In this document: positions 30,134 through 39,823 of the stretch, piece by piece | Position numbering within the stretch: position 1 is the stretch's first letter | How the letters are laid out: each line of letters opens with the position of its first letter | Source: an uncultured Verrucomicrobiae bacterium | GTDB lineage: Bacteria > Verrucomicrobiota > Verrucomicrobiia > Verrucomicrobiales > Akkermansiaceae | Direction: 5' to 3' | NCBI GenBank assembly: GCA_937957985.1 | Contig: CALGOH010000223.1 | Span: 4,756-68,755, forward strand | Length of the DNA stretch: 64,000 nucleotides | Translations under genes and position numbers: made by a program | Notes under the pieces: model-generated | Seen by the model: only the letters and a program-made list of their open reading frames with translations | What the model was told of the DNA's origin: nothing | Databases searched by the model: none

Positions 30134-31282
30134 TCAGAGCCGCACCTCGTAGGTCTTGCGGGCGGTGAGGCCGGGCTCGGGACGCTGGTCGAGGCGAGAG
30201 CGGCGGTGGATGCCGCACAGCAGGCCGACCGAGGCGAGCGTGAACACGAGGTTGGTGCCGCCGTAGCTGACGAAGGGCAGCGGCAGGCCGGTGTTGGGCA
30301 GCACGGCGGTGGTCACGGCGATGTTGACCATCGCCGGCACCACGATCACGGCGGTGAGTCCGATCGCGAGGCAGCGATTGAAGACGTTCGAGGCGTGAAT
30401 GGCGATCCCCGCCCCGGCGACGGCGATCACCACGTAGCACAGCACCGTGGCCAGCGTGCCGAAAAGTCCGAGTTCCTCGCCGATGTTCGGAAAGATGAAG
30501 TCGGTGTGCGCGTACGGCATGTGCCCGAACTTCTCGAAGCCGTTGCCGAGTCCCTGGCCCTTGACGCCGCCGTTGCCGAAGGCGAGCAGCGCCCGCCACT
30601 GCTGCAGGCCCTTGTGCATCTGGTGGTAGGGATCCTCGAGGTTCATCCAGGCCTCGATACGGCTCCAGCGGTTCTCGTTGGACCGGACGAGAAAGTAAAA
30701 GCCCGTGGCGCCGGCCAGCAGCGTCGGGACCAGGAAGACAAGCCGCACGCCCGCCGTGAAAAGCACCGCGAATCCGGCGGCGCCCAGGCCGACGGCGGTG
30801 CCCATGTCGGTTTCGAAAAGGATCAGCAGGAACGGAATACCCAGCAGGATGCCGGGCACGACGAAGCCCTTCCAAAAGGTCGGGATCTCCGTCTGCCAGC
30901 GGGCGAACCAGCCGGCGAGGCCGATCATCGTCAGCGCCTTGGCCACCTCGGAGGGCTGGAAGCGGTTGACCACCGGAAAGTGGATCCAGCGCCGTTCGCC
31001 GTTGATGTCGGCCGCCACGCCGGGCACGTAGCAGAGGGCCAACAGCAGGCATCCGCCCAGCAGCAGCCACGGCCAGATCCGCCGCAGGTGGTCGGGATTC
31101 AGCGTCGCGAGAAAGAACGCCCCGATCACCCCTGCAACCGCCATCCAACTCTGGCGCGCGAAGAAGTAGTAAGGTTCCTCCGCGCCCTGCACCCACGCGC
31201 TGGTGCTCGCCAGCATCACCAGCCCGAGCGCCACCAGCGTCGCGACGGCGGCGCAGAGGGCGAGGTTCAGGTAACGGGGCAT
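30134..31282 (-). CDS. ftsW: SEDS-family peptidoglycan polymerase FtsW
   Basis: 382-aa polytopic protein with GERRWIHFP..FQPSEVAK...TDMGT...HTDFIF..IGEELG...PLPFVSYGGT. It occupies the ftsW position in the dcw cluster. Confidence 0.88.
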   Translation of the reverse strand: MPRYLNLALCAAVATLVALGLVMLASTSAWVQGAEEPYYFFARQSWMAVAGVIGAFFLATLNPDHLRRIWPWLLLGGCLLLALCYVPGVAADINGERRWIHFPVVNRFQPSEVAKALTMIGLAGWFARWQTEIPTFWKGFVVPGILLGIPFLLILFETDMGTAVGLGAAGFAVLFTAGVRLVFLVPTLLAGATGFYFLVRSNENRWSRIEAWMNLEDPYHQMHKGLQQWRALLAFGNGGVKGQGLGNGFEKFGHMPYAHTDFIFPNIGEELGLFGTLATVLCYVVIAVAGAGIAIHASNVFNRCLAIGLTAVIVVPAMVNIAVTTAVLPNTGLPLPFVSYGGTNLVFTLASVGLLCGIHRRSRLDQRPEPGLTARKTYEVRL

Positions 31283-31335
31283 GGCGTGAGGCGTGCGAAG
31301 CGCTTGGAACTTGGACTTTCTTACTTGGAACTTCT

Positions 31336-32148
31336 TTACTCCGGAAGCTTCAGGTCCATGCCGACCCGGAGGTGGCGCGGATTGTCGATGCCGTTGAGGG
31401 ACATGAGCTTGTCGACCGAGGTGCCGTGCTTCTGCGCGATCGCCCAGAAGGTGTCGCCGGGCTGGACCTTGTAGTCTCCGGACGAGCCGGCGGCGGCGGG
31501 AATCTCGCGGCCGGACTGGCGGGCGTCGGCCTGGCGGGCGGCGTCGGTCACCACCAGGCCCGCGGCGGGCGGGACGACGGGATCCGCACGGACCTCGGGT
31601 GCCGGCTCGACATGGACCGGCTGCCCGCCGTTCCGCAGCTCGGCGATTTCCGGAGGCTCCACGGCGGTGATGGTCCTCGGTGGGATGCGCAGGTAGCGGC
31701 CCTGGCGCAGCGGGATGTTGTCGTTGGCCGAGCGCAGTTCGGTCTCATCGATGCCGAACCGGGAGGCGATCCCTTCATAGGTATCGCCGGTGCCGACGGT
31801 GTAGAGCGAGTCACCGGAGCGGATCTTCGGCAGGTCGGACTCCTCGGCGGCCGGTGCGGCGGCGGCGCGGTCCGGCGTCGGGGTGGCGGTTTCCATGTTG
31901 GCGGACTCGTCTCCTTCCAGCCAATGGCTGTGGAAGAAGATGCCGGCGATCGCCACCACGTGGATGGCGAGGATGACGATCAGGGCGCGGGCGACGCCGA
32001 GGTTCGGCACGTCTCCTTCGAAGTCCGCGGCGGAGGCGGTGGTGGCGGCGCGATGGCGCTTCTTCTTCCTCGCGACATTCACGAAGAGCGTGGTCAGCCC
32101 CCCTTTGCGGGCGGGACGGCGTTTCACGGTCAGGCGTTGGTTTCTCAT
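31336..32148 (-). CDS. Bitopic LysM-domain protein (two LysM repeats) embedded in the dcw cluster
   Basis: From ATG 32148: a basic N-terminus (MRNQRLTVKRRPARKGG...KKKRHR), TM segment ALIVILAIHVVAIAGIFF, a P/A/E-rich linker, and two LysM-like units (YTVGTGDTYEGIASRFG...LRSAN and YKVQPGDTFWAIAQKHGTSVDKLMSLNGI). Confidence 0.75.
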   Translation of the reverse strand: MRNQRLTVKRRPARKGGLTTLFVNVARKKKRHRAATTASAADFEGDVPNLGVARALIVILAIHVVAIAGIFFHSHWLEGDESANMETATPTPDRAAAAPAAEESDLPKIRSGDSLYTVGTGDTYEGIASRFGIDETELRSANDNIPLRQGRYLRIPPRTITAVEPPEIAELRNGGQPVHVEPAPEVRADPVVPPAAGLVVTDAARQADARQSGREIPAAAGSSGDYKVQPGDTFWAIAQKHGTSVDKLMSLNGIDNPRHLRVGMDLKLPE

Positions 32149-32162
32149 GGTGGTCGGGTGTT

Positions 32163-33461
32163 TCAGCGAAGTTCCTTTACGAGTTGGCAAAAGGTGGCGC
32201 CGCGTTCCTCGTAGCCGTCGAACTGGTCGAAGGACGAGGTGCCGGGCGAGAAAAGAACGGTGCCGCCGCGGACGGCGTGGCCGCGGGCGAGCGGCACGGC
32301 TTCGGCGAGGGTGGCCACGCATTCGGCGGGCACCGCCGACCCGAGGGTGCCGGCCAACGCCGGGCCGATCTGGCCGAAGGTGACGACCGACCTGACCCGC
32401 TCGCGCAGCAGCGGGAGCAAGGGCGTGTAGTCGAGTCCCTTTTCCTTGCCTCCGGCGATCAGGACCACCGGGCGGTCCTGGGATCGGAGGGCGCTTTCGA
32501 GCGCGTGAAGGTTGGTCGCCTTGGAGTCGTTGAGCCATTCGACGCCGTCCAGCGTGCGCACCAGTTCGCAGCGGTGGCGCGGCGGCGCGTAGCCGTCGAA
32601 GGCGCGGGAGATCGAGCCGCGGTCGGCACCGGCGGCCAGGCCGGCGGCGATGGCGGCCATCGCGTTCTCGGCGTTGTGCAGGCCGCGCAGGTGCGAGCCT
32701 TCGTGGAGGTCGAGGAAAAGCTCGCCGCGATGCATGAGCCGCCGACCGTCGGAGAACCACTCGGCCTCCGGGCGTTCGGTGGAGAAGGTCACCACCGACG
32801 CGGCAAGCTGCGGCAGTTCCTCGCCGTGGCGCACGACCGCGGTGTCGTCGGCCCGCTGGTTCTCGAAGATCCGCAGCTTGGCGGCGCGGTACTGCCCGAC
32901 CGACTCGTAGCGGTCCATGTGGTCGGGCGAGAAATTCAGCCATACCGCCACGTCCGGACGGAAGCCGGCGATCGTCTCGAGCTGGAACGAGCTGGCCTCC
33001 AGCGCGAGCACCTGCGGCACCGGATCGCGCATCACGACCTCGCAGACCGGCGTGCCGTAGTTTCCGCAGGCCGCGGTGGCGAAGCCCGAGGCGCTCATCA
33101 CCCGCTCGACCAGCTCGGTGGTGGTCGTCTTGCCGTTGGTCCCGGTGATGGCAATGATACGACCTTCATAGTAGCGGCTGGCCAGCTCGATCTCGCCGAC
33201 CGTCTCGCCCGCCTCGCGTGAGAATGCCGCCACCAGCTCGCCGTAAGTCGGCACGCCGGGACTCACCACCAGCAGGTCGCAGGCCGCCGCGGAGTCTGGC
33301 GTGATCCCGGCATGCAGGGTGGCGCCCTCGATCGCCGCGTCGATCTTCTCCCGACCGTCGTAGACATGCACCTCGGCGCCCTCGCGCAGGGCGAGCGCCG
33401 CCGCGGCCCGGCCGCTGGAGCCGGCACCGAGGATGTTCACGCGTTTTCCGGAGAGGGTCAT
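32163..33461 (-). CDS. murD: UDP-N-acetylmuramoylalanine--D-glutamate ligase
   Basis: MTLSGKRVNILGAGSSGRAAA...IAITGTNGKTTTTEL. The start overlaps the mraY stop (TGATG). Confidence 0.92.
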   Translation of the reverse strand: MTLSGKRVNILGAGSSGRAAAALALREGAEVHVYDGREKIDAAIEGATLHAGITPDSAAACDLLVVSPGVPTYGELVAAFSREAGETVGEIELASRYYEGRIIAITGTNGKTTTTELVERVMSASGFATAACGNYGTPVCEVVMRDPVPQVLALEASSFQLETIAGFRPDVAVWLNFSPDHMDRYESVGQYRAAKLRIFENQRADDTAVVRHGEELPQLAASVVTFSTERPEAEWFSDGRRLMHRGELFLDLHEGSHLRGLHNAENAMAAIAAGLAAGADRGSISRAFDGYAPPRHRCELVRTLDGVEWLNDSKATNLHALESALRSQDRPVVLIAGGKEKGLDYTPLLPLLRERVRSVVTFGQIGPALAGTLGSAVPAECVATLAEAVPLARGHAVRGGTVLFSPGTSSFDQFDGYEERGATFCQLVKELR

Positions 33462-34681
33462 CAGACGATCTTGAGAAGGGCGAGGCCGAACAGCGCGAGC
33501 ATGATCGAGACGATCCAGAAGCGGATGATCACCTGGCTCTCGTGCCAGCCGCGGAGTTCGAAATGGTGGTGAATGGGCGCCATCGCGAAGATGCGCTTGC
33601 GGCGGAGCTTGAAGCTGCCGACCTGGAGCATCACCGAGAGCGCCTCCATGACGAAGACGCCGCCGATGATCACCAGCAGCAGCTCCTGTTTCACGCAGAT
33701 CGCCGCGGTGCCGAGCGCGCCGCCGATGGCCAGCGAGCCGGTGTCGCCCATGAAGACCTTGGCCGGGTGGCAGTTGAACCACAGGAAGCCGAAGCCCGCC
33801 CCGGCCAGCGCGAGCAGGAAGACCGCCAACTCGCCGACGAAGCGGTTGTAGGGAATCGTCAGGTAATCGGTGGCCATGAACAGGTGGCCGGCCAGGTAGG
33901 CGAGGATCCCGTAGGCCAGGGAAACGGTGATCGTGCAACCGGTGGCGAGACCGTCGAGGCCGTCGGTGAGGGTCACCGCGTACGAGCATCCGATGACGAT
34001 CGCCGCGAAGAAGGGGATGATCAGCCAATGGAGATCGAGCAGCGGCACCTTGAGCAGCGGGAACGAGATCTCGCTGATGCTCATCGTCAAGGCCCCGAAC
34101 TGGAAGCCGGGCCGGTAGCCGAGTTGCGCCACCATTTCCTCGGTGACGCCGATGCCGGAGATCTCGCGCTTGAAATAGATGAAGCACGCGGCAACCACCG
34201 CGATCACGAGCTGCCAGAACAGCTTGCCGCGGGCGCTGATGCCGTCGGAGTTCTTGCGCTTCACCTTCGCGTAGTCGTCGCAGAAGCCGAGCAACCCGAG
34301 CGCTCCCATGGTGCAGGCGCAGACGGCGACGAAGGGATTGAACGGACGCGCGCAGATCAGGGTCGCGACGAGCACCGACCCGAGGATGAGCACCCCGCCC
34401 ATCGTCGGCGTGCCCACCTTTCCGCCGTGCAGCTCGGCGAGCTTGTGGACCTCCTCGGCGGTGCGGATCGGCTGGCCGACCTTGAGCGAGATGAGTCGCC
34501 GGATCACCCGCGGCCCGGCGACCACGCTGAGCAGGAATGCCAGCAGGCAGGCGAACGCCGCGCGGAAGGTGATGTACTTGAGCAGGTTGAAGAAGCTCAT
34601 CGCGTGGGCCCAGCCTTCGACTCCCGCGGTCTTTTCCGCGTCGAAGGCCTCGCGCCACCATTCGTAGATCCAGTAGAGCAT
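33461..34681 (-). CDS. mraY: Phospho-N-acetylmuramoyl-pentapeptide transferase
   Basis: From ATG 34681: GTPTMGGVLIL, FCDDYAKVK, LTDGLDGLA, FMGDTGSLAIGG and PIHHHFELRGW. Confidence 0.93.
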   Translation of the reverse strand: MLYWIYEWWREAFDAEKTAGVEGWAHAMSFFNLLKYITFRAAFACLLAFLLSVVAGPRVIRRLISLKVGQPIRTAEEVHKLAELHGGKVGTPTMGGVLILGSVLVATLICARPFNPFVAVCACTMGALGLLGFCDDYAKVKRKNSDGISARGKLFWQLVIAVVAACFIYFKREISGIGVTEEMVAQLGYRPGFQFGALTMSISEISFPLLKVPLLDLHWLIIPFFAAIVIGCSYAVTLTDGLDGLATGCTITVSLAYGILAYLAGHLFMATDYLTIPYNRFVGELAVFLLALAGAGFGFLWFNCHPAKVFMGDTGSLAIGGALGTAAICVKQELLLVIIGGVFVMEALSVMLQVGSFKLRRKRIFAMAPIHHHFELRGWHESQVIIRFWIVSIMLALFGLALLKIV

Positions 34682-36045
34682 CAGTCTCGGGGGGGAAGGG
34701 CTTGGTTCATGACTTTCTCCATCGCGGCGCTGCGGCTCGCCTTGAAAAGGACGGCATCGCCGGGCATCGCGCGACGCGAGATCTCGGCGGCCGCTTCCGC
34801 GGGATCGGTGATCAGGTCCGCGCCGCCGGCACCTTCGGCGATCCCGGCGGCGGCCTCGCCGACGGCGATCACGATCACGCCGGCCTCGGCCGCGATCCGT
34901 CCGACGCGGCGGTGGGCATCCGGGCCGTGCGTTCCCAGCTCGCCCATCGGGCCGAGCACCGCGTAGCGGCGTCCGCCGTTGGGCAGCGGCGTTTCGGCAA
35001 GCGTCTCGATTGCCGCGGCCATCGACTCGGGATTCGCGTTGTAGGTGTCGTCGAAGACGATCACGCCGCCGGACGAGTACTGGCGCAACCGCCCGCCGGT
35101 CAGCTCGGCGGCGGAAAGACCGGCGGCGATCTCTTCGGGGTCCATACCCAGCACCCAGCCGCATCCCGCGGCGAGCAGGGCGTTCTTGACCATGTGGCGT
35201 CCGACCACCGGCAGGTCCACCTCGGCGGCGGCCCGGTCCTCGATCACGAGGCTGAAGCGCGTGCGTCCATCGGCCTGGTGGAGATCCTCGGCGCGGACCA
35301 GACCGCGCCCGTTTCCGACCGGCACCACGCGGGCCTTGGTACGGGACTTGAAGTAGTTGAAGAAGTCGCACCCCGCGGGCACGAAGAGCACCCCGTCCTC
35401 GGGCAGGGCGCGGGCCAGCGCCCCCTTCTCCTCGGCGATCCCCTCGCGGCTGCCGAGGTTCTCGATGTGGGCGGTGCCGATGTTGGTGATGATGCCGAAC
35501 CGGGGGATCGCGATCTCGCACAGCGGCGCGATCTCACCCGGATGGTTCATCCCCATCTCGACCACCGCCGCGGTGTGGGTGTCGTCGATCGACAGCACCG
35601 TCAGCGGCACTCCGATGTGGTTGTTGAGGTTGCCCTTGGTCGCGAGCACCGGGCCGCGGCGGGAAAGCACGGCCCTGGCGAAATCCTTGGTGCTGGTCTT
35701 GCCGTTCGAGCCGGTGATGCCGATCACCGGCAGGTCGAGGCGGCTGCGGTGCCAGTGGGCGAGCCGTTGCAGCGCCAGCAGGCCGTCGGTGACCCGCACC
35801 ACCGCCACGCCGACCGGAGCCTCGCCCTCCCAGCGCTCGACCATCAGGACCGTGGCCCCGGCCTCCGCCGCCTGCGCGGCGAAGTCGTTGCCATCGAAAC
35901 GCTCGCCGCGAAGGGCCACGAAAAGATCGCCGCGGCCGATCGCGCGGGTGTCCGTCGAAACCCGGCCGGCCTCGATGGCGCCGTCCCCGGCCACCAGTTC
36001 GCCACCCGTGGCCTCCGCCAGGGTTCCGGCGTCGAGCGGCTTCAT
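34681..36045 (-). CDS. murF: UDP-N-acetylmuramoyl-tripeptide--D-alanyl-D-alanine ligase
   Basis: STDTRAIGRGDLFVALRGERFDGNDF...IGITGSNGKTSTKD. It occupies the murF position in the dcw order. Confidence 0.92.
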   Translation of the reverse strand: MKPLDAGTLAEATGGELVAGDGAIEAGRVSTDTRAIGRGDLFVALRGERFDGNDFAAQAAEAGATVLMVERWEGEAPVGVAVVRVTDGLLALQRLAHWHRSRLDLPVIGITGSNGKTSTKDFARAVLSRRGPVLATKGNLNNHIGVPLTVLSIDDTHTAAVVEMGMNHPGEIAPLCEIAIPRFGIITNIGTAHIENLGSREGIAEEKGALARALPEDGVLFVPAGCDFFNYFKSRTKARVVPVGNGRGLVRAEDLHQADGRTRFSLVIEDRAAAEVDLPVVGRHMVKNALLAAGCGWVLGMDPEEIAAGLSAAELTGGRLRQYSSGGVIVFDDTYNANPESMAAAIETLAETPLPNGGRRYAVLGPMGELGTHGPDAHRRVGRIAAEAGVIVIAVGEAAAGIAEGAGGADLITDPAEAAAEISRRAMPGDAVLFKASRSAAMEKVMNQALPPRD

Positions 36046-37544
36046 GACCGGTTCCCCCTTTCCGAGGCGGGCCGCTCCTCGAGGGCGATGCGGGCCTGGT
36101 TGCGGTCGTCGAAGTTGATCGTCCGGTCGGCGAACTGCTGGTAGGTCTCGTGACCCTTGCCGGCGATCAGCACGATGTCGCCCGGACCGGCGGCGTGGAT
36201 CGCGATGCGGATCGCCTCGGCGCGGTCGGTCACGCTGCGATGGCGCGCGTTCCCCATGCCCGCTTCGATCTCACGGATGATCGCCTCGGGGTCCTCGCTG
36301 CGGGGATTGTCCGAAGTGATGATGCAGGCGTCGCTGTGACGCGCCGCCGCCCTGGCCATCAGCGGGCGCTTGCCGCGGTCGCGGTCGCCGCCGCAGCCGA
36401 AGACGGTGAGCAGTCGTCGCGGTTCGAGTTCCTTGAGCGTGCGGCAGGCGTGCTCCAGCGCGTCGGGCGTATGGGCGTAGTCGACGAACACCGTGACCCG
36501 GTCGCGCGTCCCGCAGTTCTCCATCCGTCCCGGAACCTGCGGGGCGTCGGCCAGCGCGGCGATCGCCGAGCGCAGCGGAATGCCGACCGCACGGGCCGCG
36601 CCGAGCGTGGCGAGCACGTTGAGCACGTTGAAGCGGCCGATCAACGGGGTCCGCACCAGGTAGCTGCGCCCCTTCGCCGCGAGCTTGAACTCGAGCCCGC
36701 GGGCGGACTGGCGGAAATCGATCGCCCGCAGGTCGTTGTGGAGGCCGAAGCCGAAGCGGGTCACCGGCATTCTCCCTTCGAGTTTTTCGGCCAGCTCGGC
36801 ACCCTTCGGATCGTCGCCGTTGACCACCGCCACGGGCTTCTTGCCGCGGGGGTCGGCGGCGGTCGCCTCGAACCACGAGAATTTCGCCGCGGCGTAGGCC
36901 TCCATGGTCCCGTGATAGTCGAGATGGTCCTGCGTCAGATTGGTGAAAACAAGCGCGTCGAAGGCGAGATCGGCCACCCGCTTCTGGTCGATGCCGTGCG
37001 AGGAAACCTCCAGCGCCGCTCCGCGGCAGCCGTTGTCGAGCATGCGGCGGACGATGCCCTGCAACGCCACCGCGTCGGGCGTGGTGTGGCTCGCCTCGAC
37101 CCGTTGCTCGCCGTCGTCGATGCGCACGGTTCCCAGCAGTCCGGCGCGATGCCACTCCGACTTCATCACATGATGGCAGAGGAAGACGGTGGTGGTCTTG
37201 CCGTTGGTCCCGGTCACGCCGACCAACTTGAGGTCCCGGGACGGGTCCCCCTCGACAGCCGCCGCGAGCGCGGAAAGCGCCGCCCGGGTATCGGCCACCT
37301 GGATCCAGGGCACTTCGGTCGGGTCGCCGGTCTCGCGTCCCGAGTCGGCGATCACCGCCACCGCCCCGGCCTCGACGGCCGGACGGATGAAGCGGCGTCC
37401 GTCGGTGCTGCCGCCGCGGATCGCGACGAAAATCGATCCCGGCCCGATCGAGCGGGAATCGGCCGTGATCGACGCCACCTCGACGTCGAGGTCGCCGTCG
37501 ACCAAGGGTCGCCGCAGGCGGGGGATGAGGTCGCGCAGCTTCAT
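36042..37544 (-). CDS. murE: UDP-N-acetylmuramoyl-L-alanyl-D-glutamate--2,6-diaminopimelate ligase
   Basis: From ATG 37544: ITADSRSIGPGSIFVAIRGGSTDGRRF...VGVTGTNGKTTTVFL...DYAHTPDAL. ATGA overlaps at both ends. Confidence 0.92.
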   Translation of the reverse strand: MKLRDLIPRLRRPLVDGDLDVEVASITADSRSIGPGSIFVAIRGGSTDGRRFIRPAVEAGAVAVIADSGRETGDPTEVPWIQVADTRAALSALAAAVEGDPSRDLKLVGVTGTNGKTTTVFLCHHVMKSEWHRAGLLGTVRIDDGEQRVEASHTTPDAVALQGIVRRMLDNGCRGAALEVSSHGIDQKRVADLAFDALVFTNLTQDHLDYHGTMEAYAAAKFSWFEATAADPRGKKPVAVVNGDDPKGAELAEKLEGRMPVTRFGFGLHNDLRAIDFRQSARGLEFKLAAKGRSYLVRTPLIGRFNVLNVLATLGAARAVGIPLRSAIAALADAPQVPGRMENCGTRDRVTVFVDYAHTPDALEHACRTLKELEPRRLLTVFGCGGDRDRGKRPLMARAAARHSDACIITSDNPRSEDPEAIIREIEAGMGNARHRSVTDRAEAIRIAIHAAGPGDIVLIAGKGHETYQQFADRTINFDDRNQARIALEERPASERGNRS

Positions 37545-39475
37545 GGCTCCCGGGTTCCCGCCAGCGGGGTTTCCTCCCCTTCCTCCTCGATCGGTTCGGT
37601 GGGGATCAGGTTCAGGTGGGTCGCCAGGCGACCGGCGATCTTCGAGAAGACAGGAGCCGCGATCGTGCCGCCATAGCGGCTCACCTCCTCGGTCAGCGGG
37701 TCGTCGACCACGACCAGGCAGACGAACGCGGGGTCCTCGGCGGGCATCATCCCGACGAAGGAAACGGTGTAGTGCCCCTGCTGGTAGTGGCCGTCCTTGA
37801 TGCGCACCGCGGTGCCGGTCTTGCCCGCCACCTTGAAGCCCTCGACCGCCGCCCGGGTGGCGGTGCCGCCTTCCTCGGTCACGGTCGTCAGCGCCTCGCG
37901 CAAGTCCTTCGCGACGCTCTCCTTCAACACGCGACGCTCGACCTCGGGCTTGAAGCGCTCGATCACGGTCCCGTCGCTGGCGACGATCGAGCGGACGACC
38001 CGCGGGCGGATCCACTCGCCGCCGTTGGCGATCACCCCGTAGCCGGCCGCGACCTGCAGCGGGGTCACGTTGAGCGCGTAGCCATACGATGCCCGGCTGA
38101 AGTCGATCAGGTTGCCGGTATTGCGCACGATCCCCGACGACTCGCCGCTGAGGAGGATGCCCGTCTCGCTGCCGAAGCCGAAGTCCCGCGCGTAGCGGTA
38201 GAAGCGGTCGACCCCGAGCTGCCGGGCGACCTTGAAGGCGCCGGGATTGCTCGACTTCTTGAGCACGTCGGCCACCGACAGCATGCCGTAGGGATGGTGG
38301 TCGGGAATCCGGAGCTTGCCCTCGACGTAGAGGCCGTTGTGGCAGAAGACCATGGTCCGCGGCGAGACCAGCCCTTCGTTGAGCGCGCCGGCCACGCCGA
38401 CGATCTTGAAAGTACTACCTGGCTCGTAGATTCCCTGGAGCGCGTAGTTCATCGCCCCCTCGTCCAGGCCCTCCTTCAGGTTGAGGTTGAAGTGCGGACG
38501 GCTGGCCATCGCCAGCAGCTCGCCGTTCCTGGGATCGAGCACCACCACGCAGCCGCGCTTGCTCACGAATTCCTTGAGGGCGGCGTCCAGTTCCTCCTCG
38601 ACGATCGCCTGCGCGCCCATGTCGAGCGTCAGGCGGACGTTCAATCCGTGCACCGGCGGGATCATGCTGCCTTCCTCTCCCGGCATCGGGATGTTCAGGT
38701 GATCCCACAGGCCGTCCCGGCCGCGCAGGTATTCCTCCATCGCCGCCTCGACCCCGAACTTGCCGACCTGGCGGTAAACCGGCTTGCCCTGCGGCCCCTC
38801 GACCTCCTCCTCGCCGGTGTAGCCGATGACGTGGGTGGCCAGCTCCGGCGAGGTGTACCAGCGGCGGATCGAGTTCTCGAAACGGAATCCCTTCAGGTGG
38901 TTCTCGGCGATGAGCGTCCGCAGTCGGTCGGCGTCGTCCTCGGCCAGGTCCTTGACGATCGGATAGTACAAACGTCCTTTCGTCTTCGGTTGCTCGATCC
39001 GCCTCTGCAACTCGTCCTTACGCAGGCCGAGCGGCCGCGACAGGATCTCGATGACCCGGGCGAGATGCTTCGCCACGATGACCTCCGGCGGCTCCTCCTC
39101 GAGGATCATGCTGCGATAGGCCTTCAGCTTGCGCTGGCGGCCCGTCTCGTCGAGCCCGTCCCAATCCGCCTCCGACGCCGCCCTTTCGTAGGCCAGCGCC
39201 TTCACCACGACCACCGGATCGTCGAGCAGCTTGGCATCGACCATCACCGTGCTGAGTCCGATGCTCTTGGCCAGCACCTCGTCGTGGCGATCGACGATCT
39301 TGCCGCGAAATCCGGGCAGGATCTCGCTGCGGTCGTAGGCCGCCCGCGCACGTTCGGCATACTTTTTCCGGTCCCAGATCTGGATCTGGATCAGCCGCAC
39401 CGAAAGCAAACTGAGCCCGGCCACCAGGACCGAGCACAGCAGCAGACAGCGGAGCTGAAACGCGCGGGACGACAT
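37541..39475 (-). CDS. ftsI: Class B penicillin-binding protein (FtsI/PBP3-type transpeptidase)
   Basis: N-terminal TM segment. Transpeptidase motifs STFK (YEPGSTFKIV), SSN (KKSSNPG) and KTG (VAGKTGTA). Confidence 0.9.
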   Translation of the reverse strand: MSSRAFQLRCLLLCSVLVAGLSLLSVRLIQIQIWDRKKYAERARAAYDRSEILPGFRGKIVDRHDEVLAKSIGLSTVMVDAKLLDDPVVVVKALAYERAASEADWDGLDETGRQRKLKAYRSMILEEEPPEVIVAKHLARVIEILSRPLGLRKDELQRRIEQPKTKGRLYYPIVKDLAEDDADRLRTLIAENHLKGFRFENSIRRWYTSPELATHVIGYTGEEEVEGPQGKPVYRQVGKFGVEAAMEEYLRGRDGLWDHLNIPMPGEEGSMIPPVHGLNVRLTLDMGAQAIVEEELDAALKEFVSKRGCVVVLDPRNGELLAMASRPHFNLNLKEGLDEGAMNYALQGIYEPGSTFKIVGVAGALNEGLVSPRTMVFCHNGLYVEGKLRIPDHHPYGMLSVADVLKKSSNPGAFKVARQLGVDRFYRYARDFGFGSETGILLSGESSGIVRNTGNLIDFSRASYGYALNVTPLQVAAGYGVIANGGEWIRPRVVRSIVASDGTVIERFKPEVERRVLKESVAKDLREALTTVTEEGGTATRAAVEGFKVAGKTGTAVRIKDGHYQQGHYTVSFVGMMPAEDPAFVCLVVVDDPLTEEVSRYGGTIAAPVFSKIAGRLATHLNLIPTEPIEEEGEETPLAGTREP

Positions 39476-39595
39476 GAATCAAGGCCGGAGGGCAACCGGC
39501 GGATCTTCCGGTCCGGGGAGCGGATGGACTTTCTCGACCACGCCGTGGCCGACGGCCGTGAGGGCCGAGTCGTAAAGCTCAAGCACCGCGCGGAT

Positions 39596-39823
39596 CTAGT
39601 AGAGGTCGAGCGCGCGCTCCTTGCCGATTTCGATCATCTGGATGTCCAACCGGTGTTCCTCGATGCGCTCGCGCGTCTTGGCGATCTCGCGCTCGGTCTT
39701 GATCTGGCCGTTGCGGTAAATCGCGTGCAGGGCACCGCCGACGGTGCCGACGACGACCATCAGGATCAGTGCGACGAAGGCGGCGGTGTGGGATCTCGGT
39801 TCGGAGGAACGTCGGCGGTTCAT
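39596..39823 (-). CDS. ftsL: FtsL-like small bitopic cell-division protein (75 aa as read)
   Basis: From ATG 39823: MNRRRSSEPRSHTAAFVALILMVVVGTVGGALHAIY, followed by a coiled-coil-like QIKTEREIAKTRERIEEHRLDIQMIEIGKE. It sits between rsmH and ftsI, with an ATGA overlap with the rsmH stop. Confidence 0.65.
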   Translation of the reverse strand: MNRRRSSEPRSHTAAFVALILMVVVGTVGGALHAIYRNGQIKTEREIAKTRERIEEHRLDIQMIEIGKERALDLY

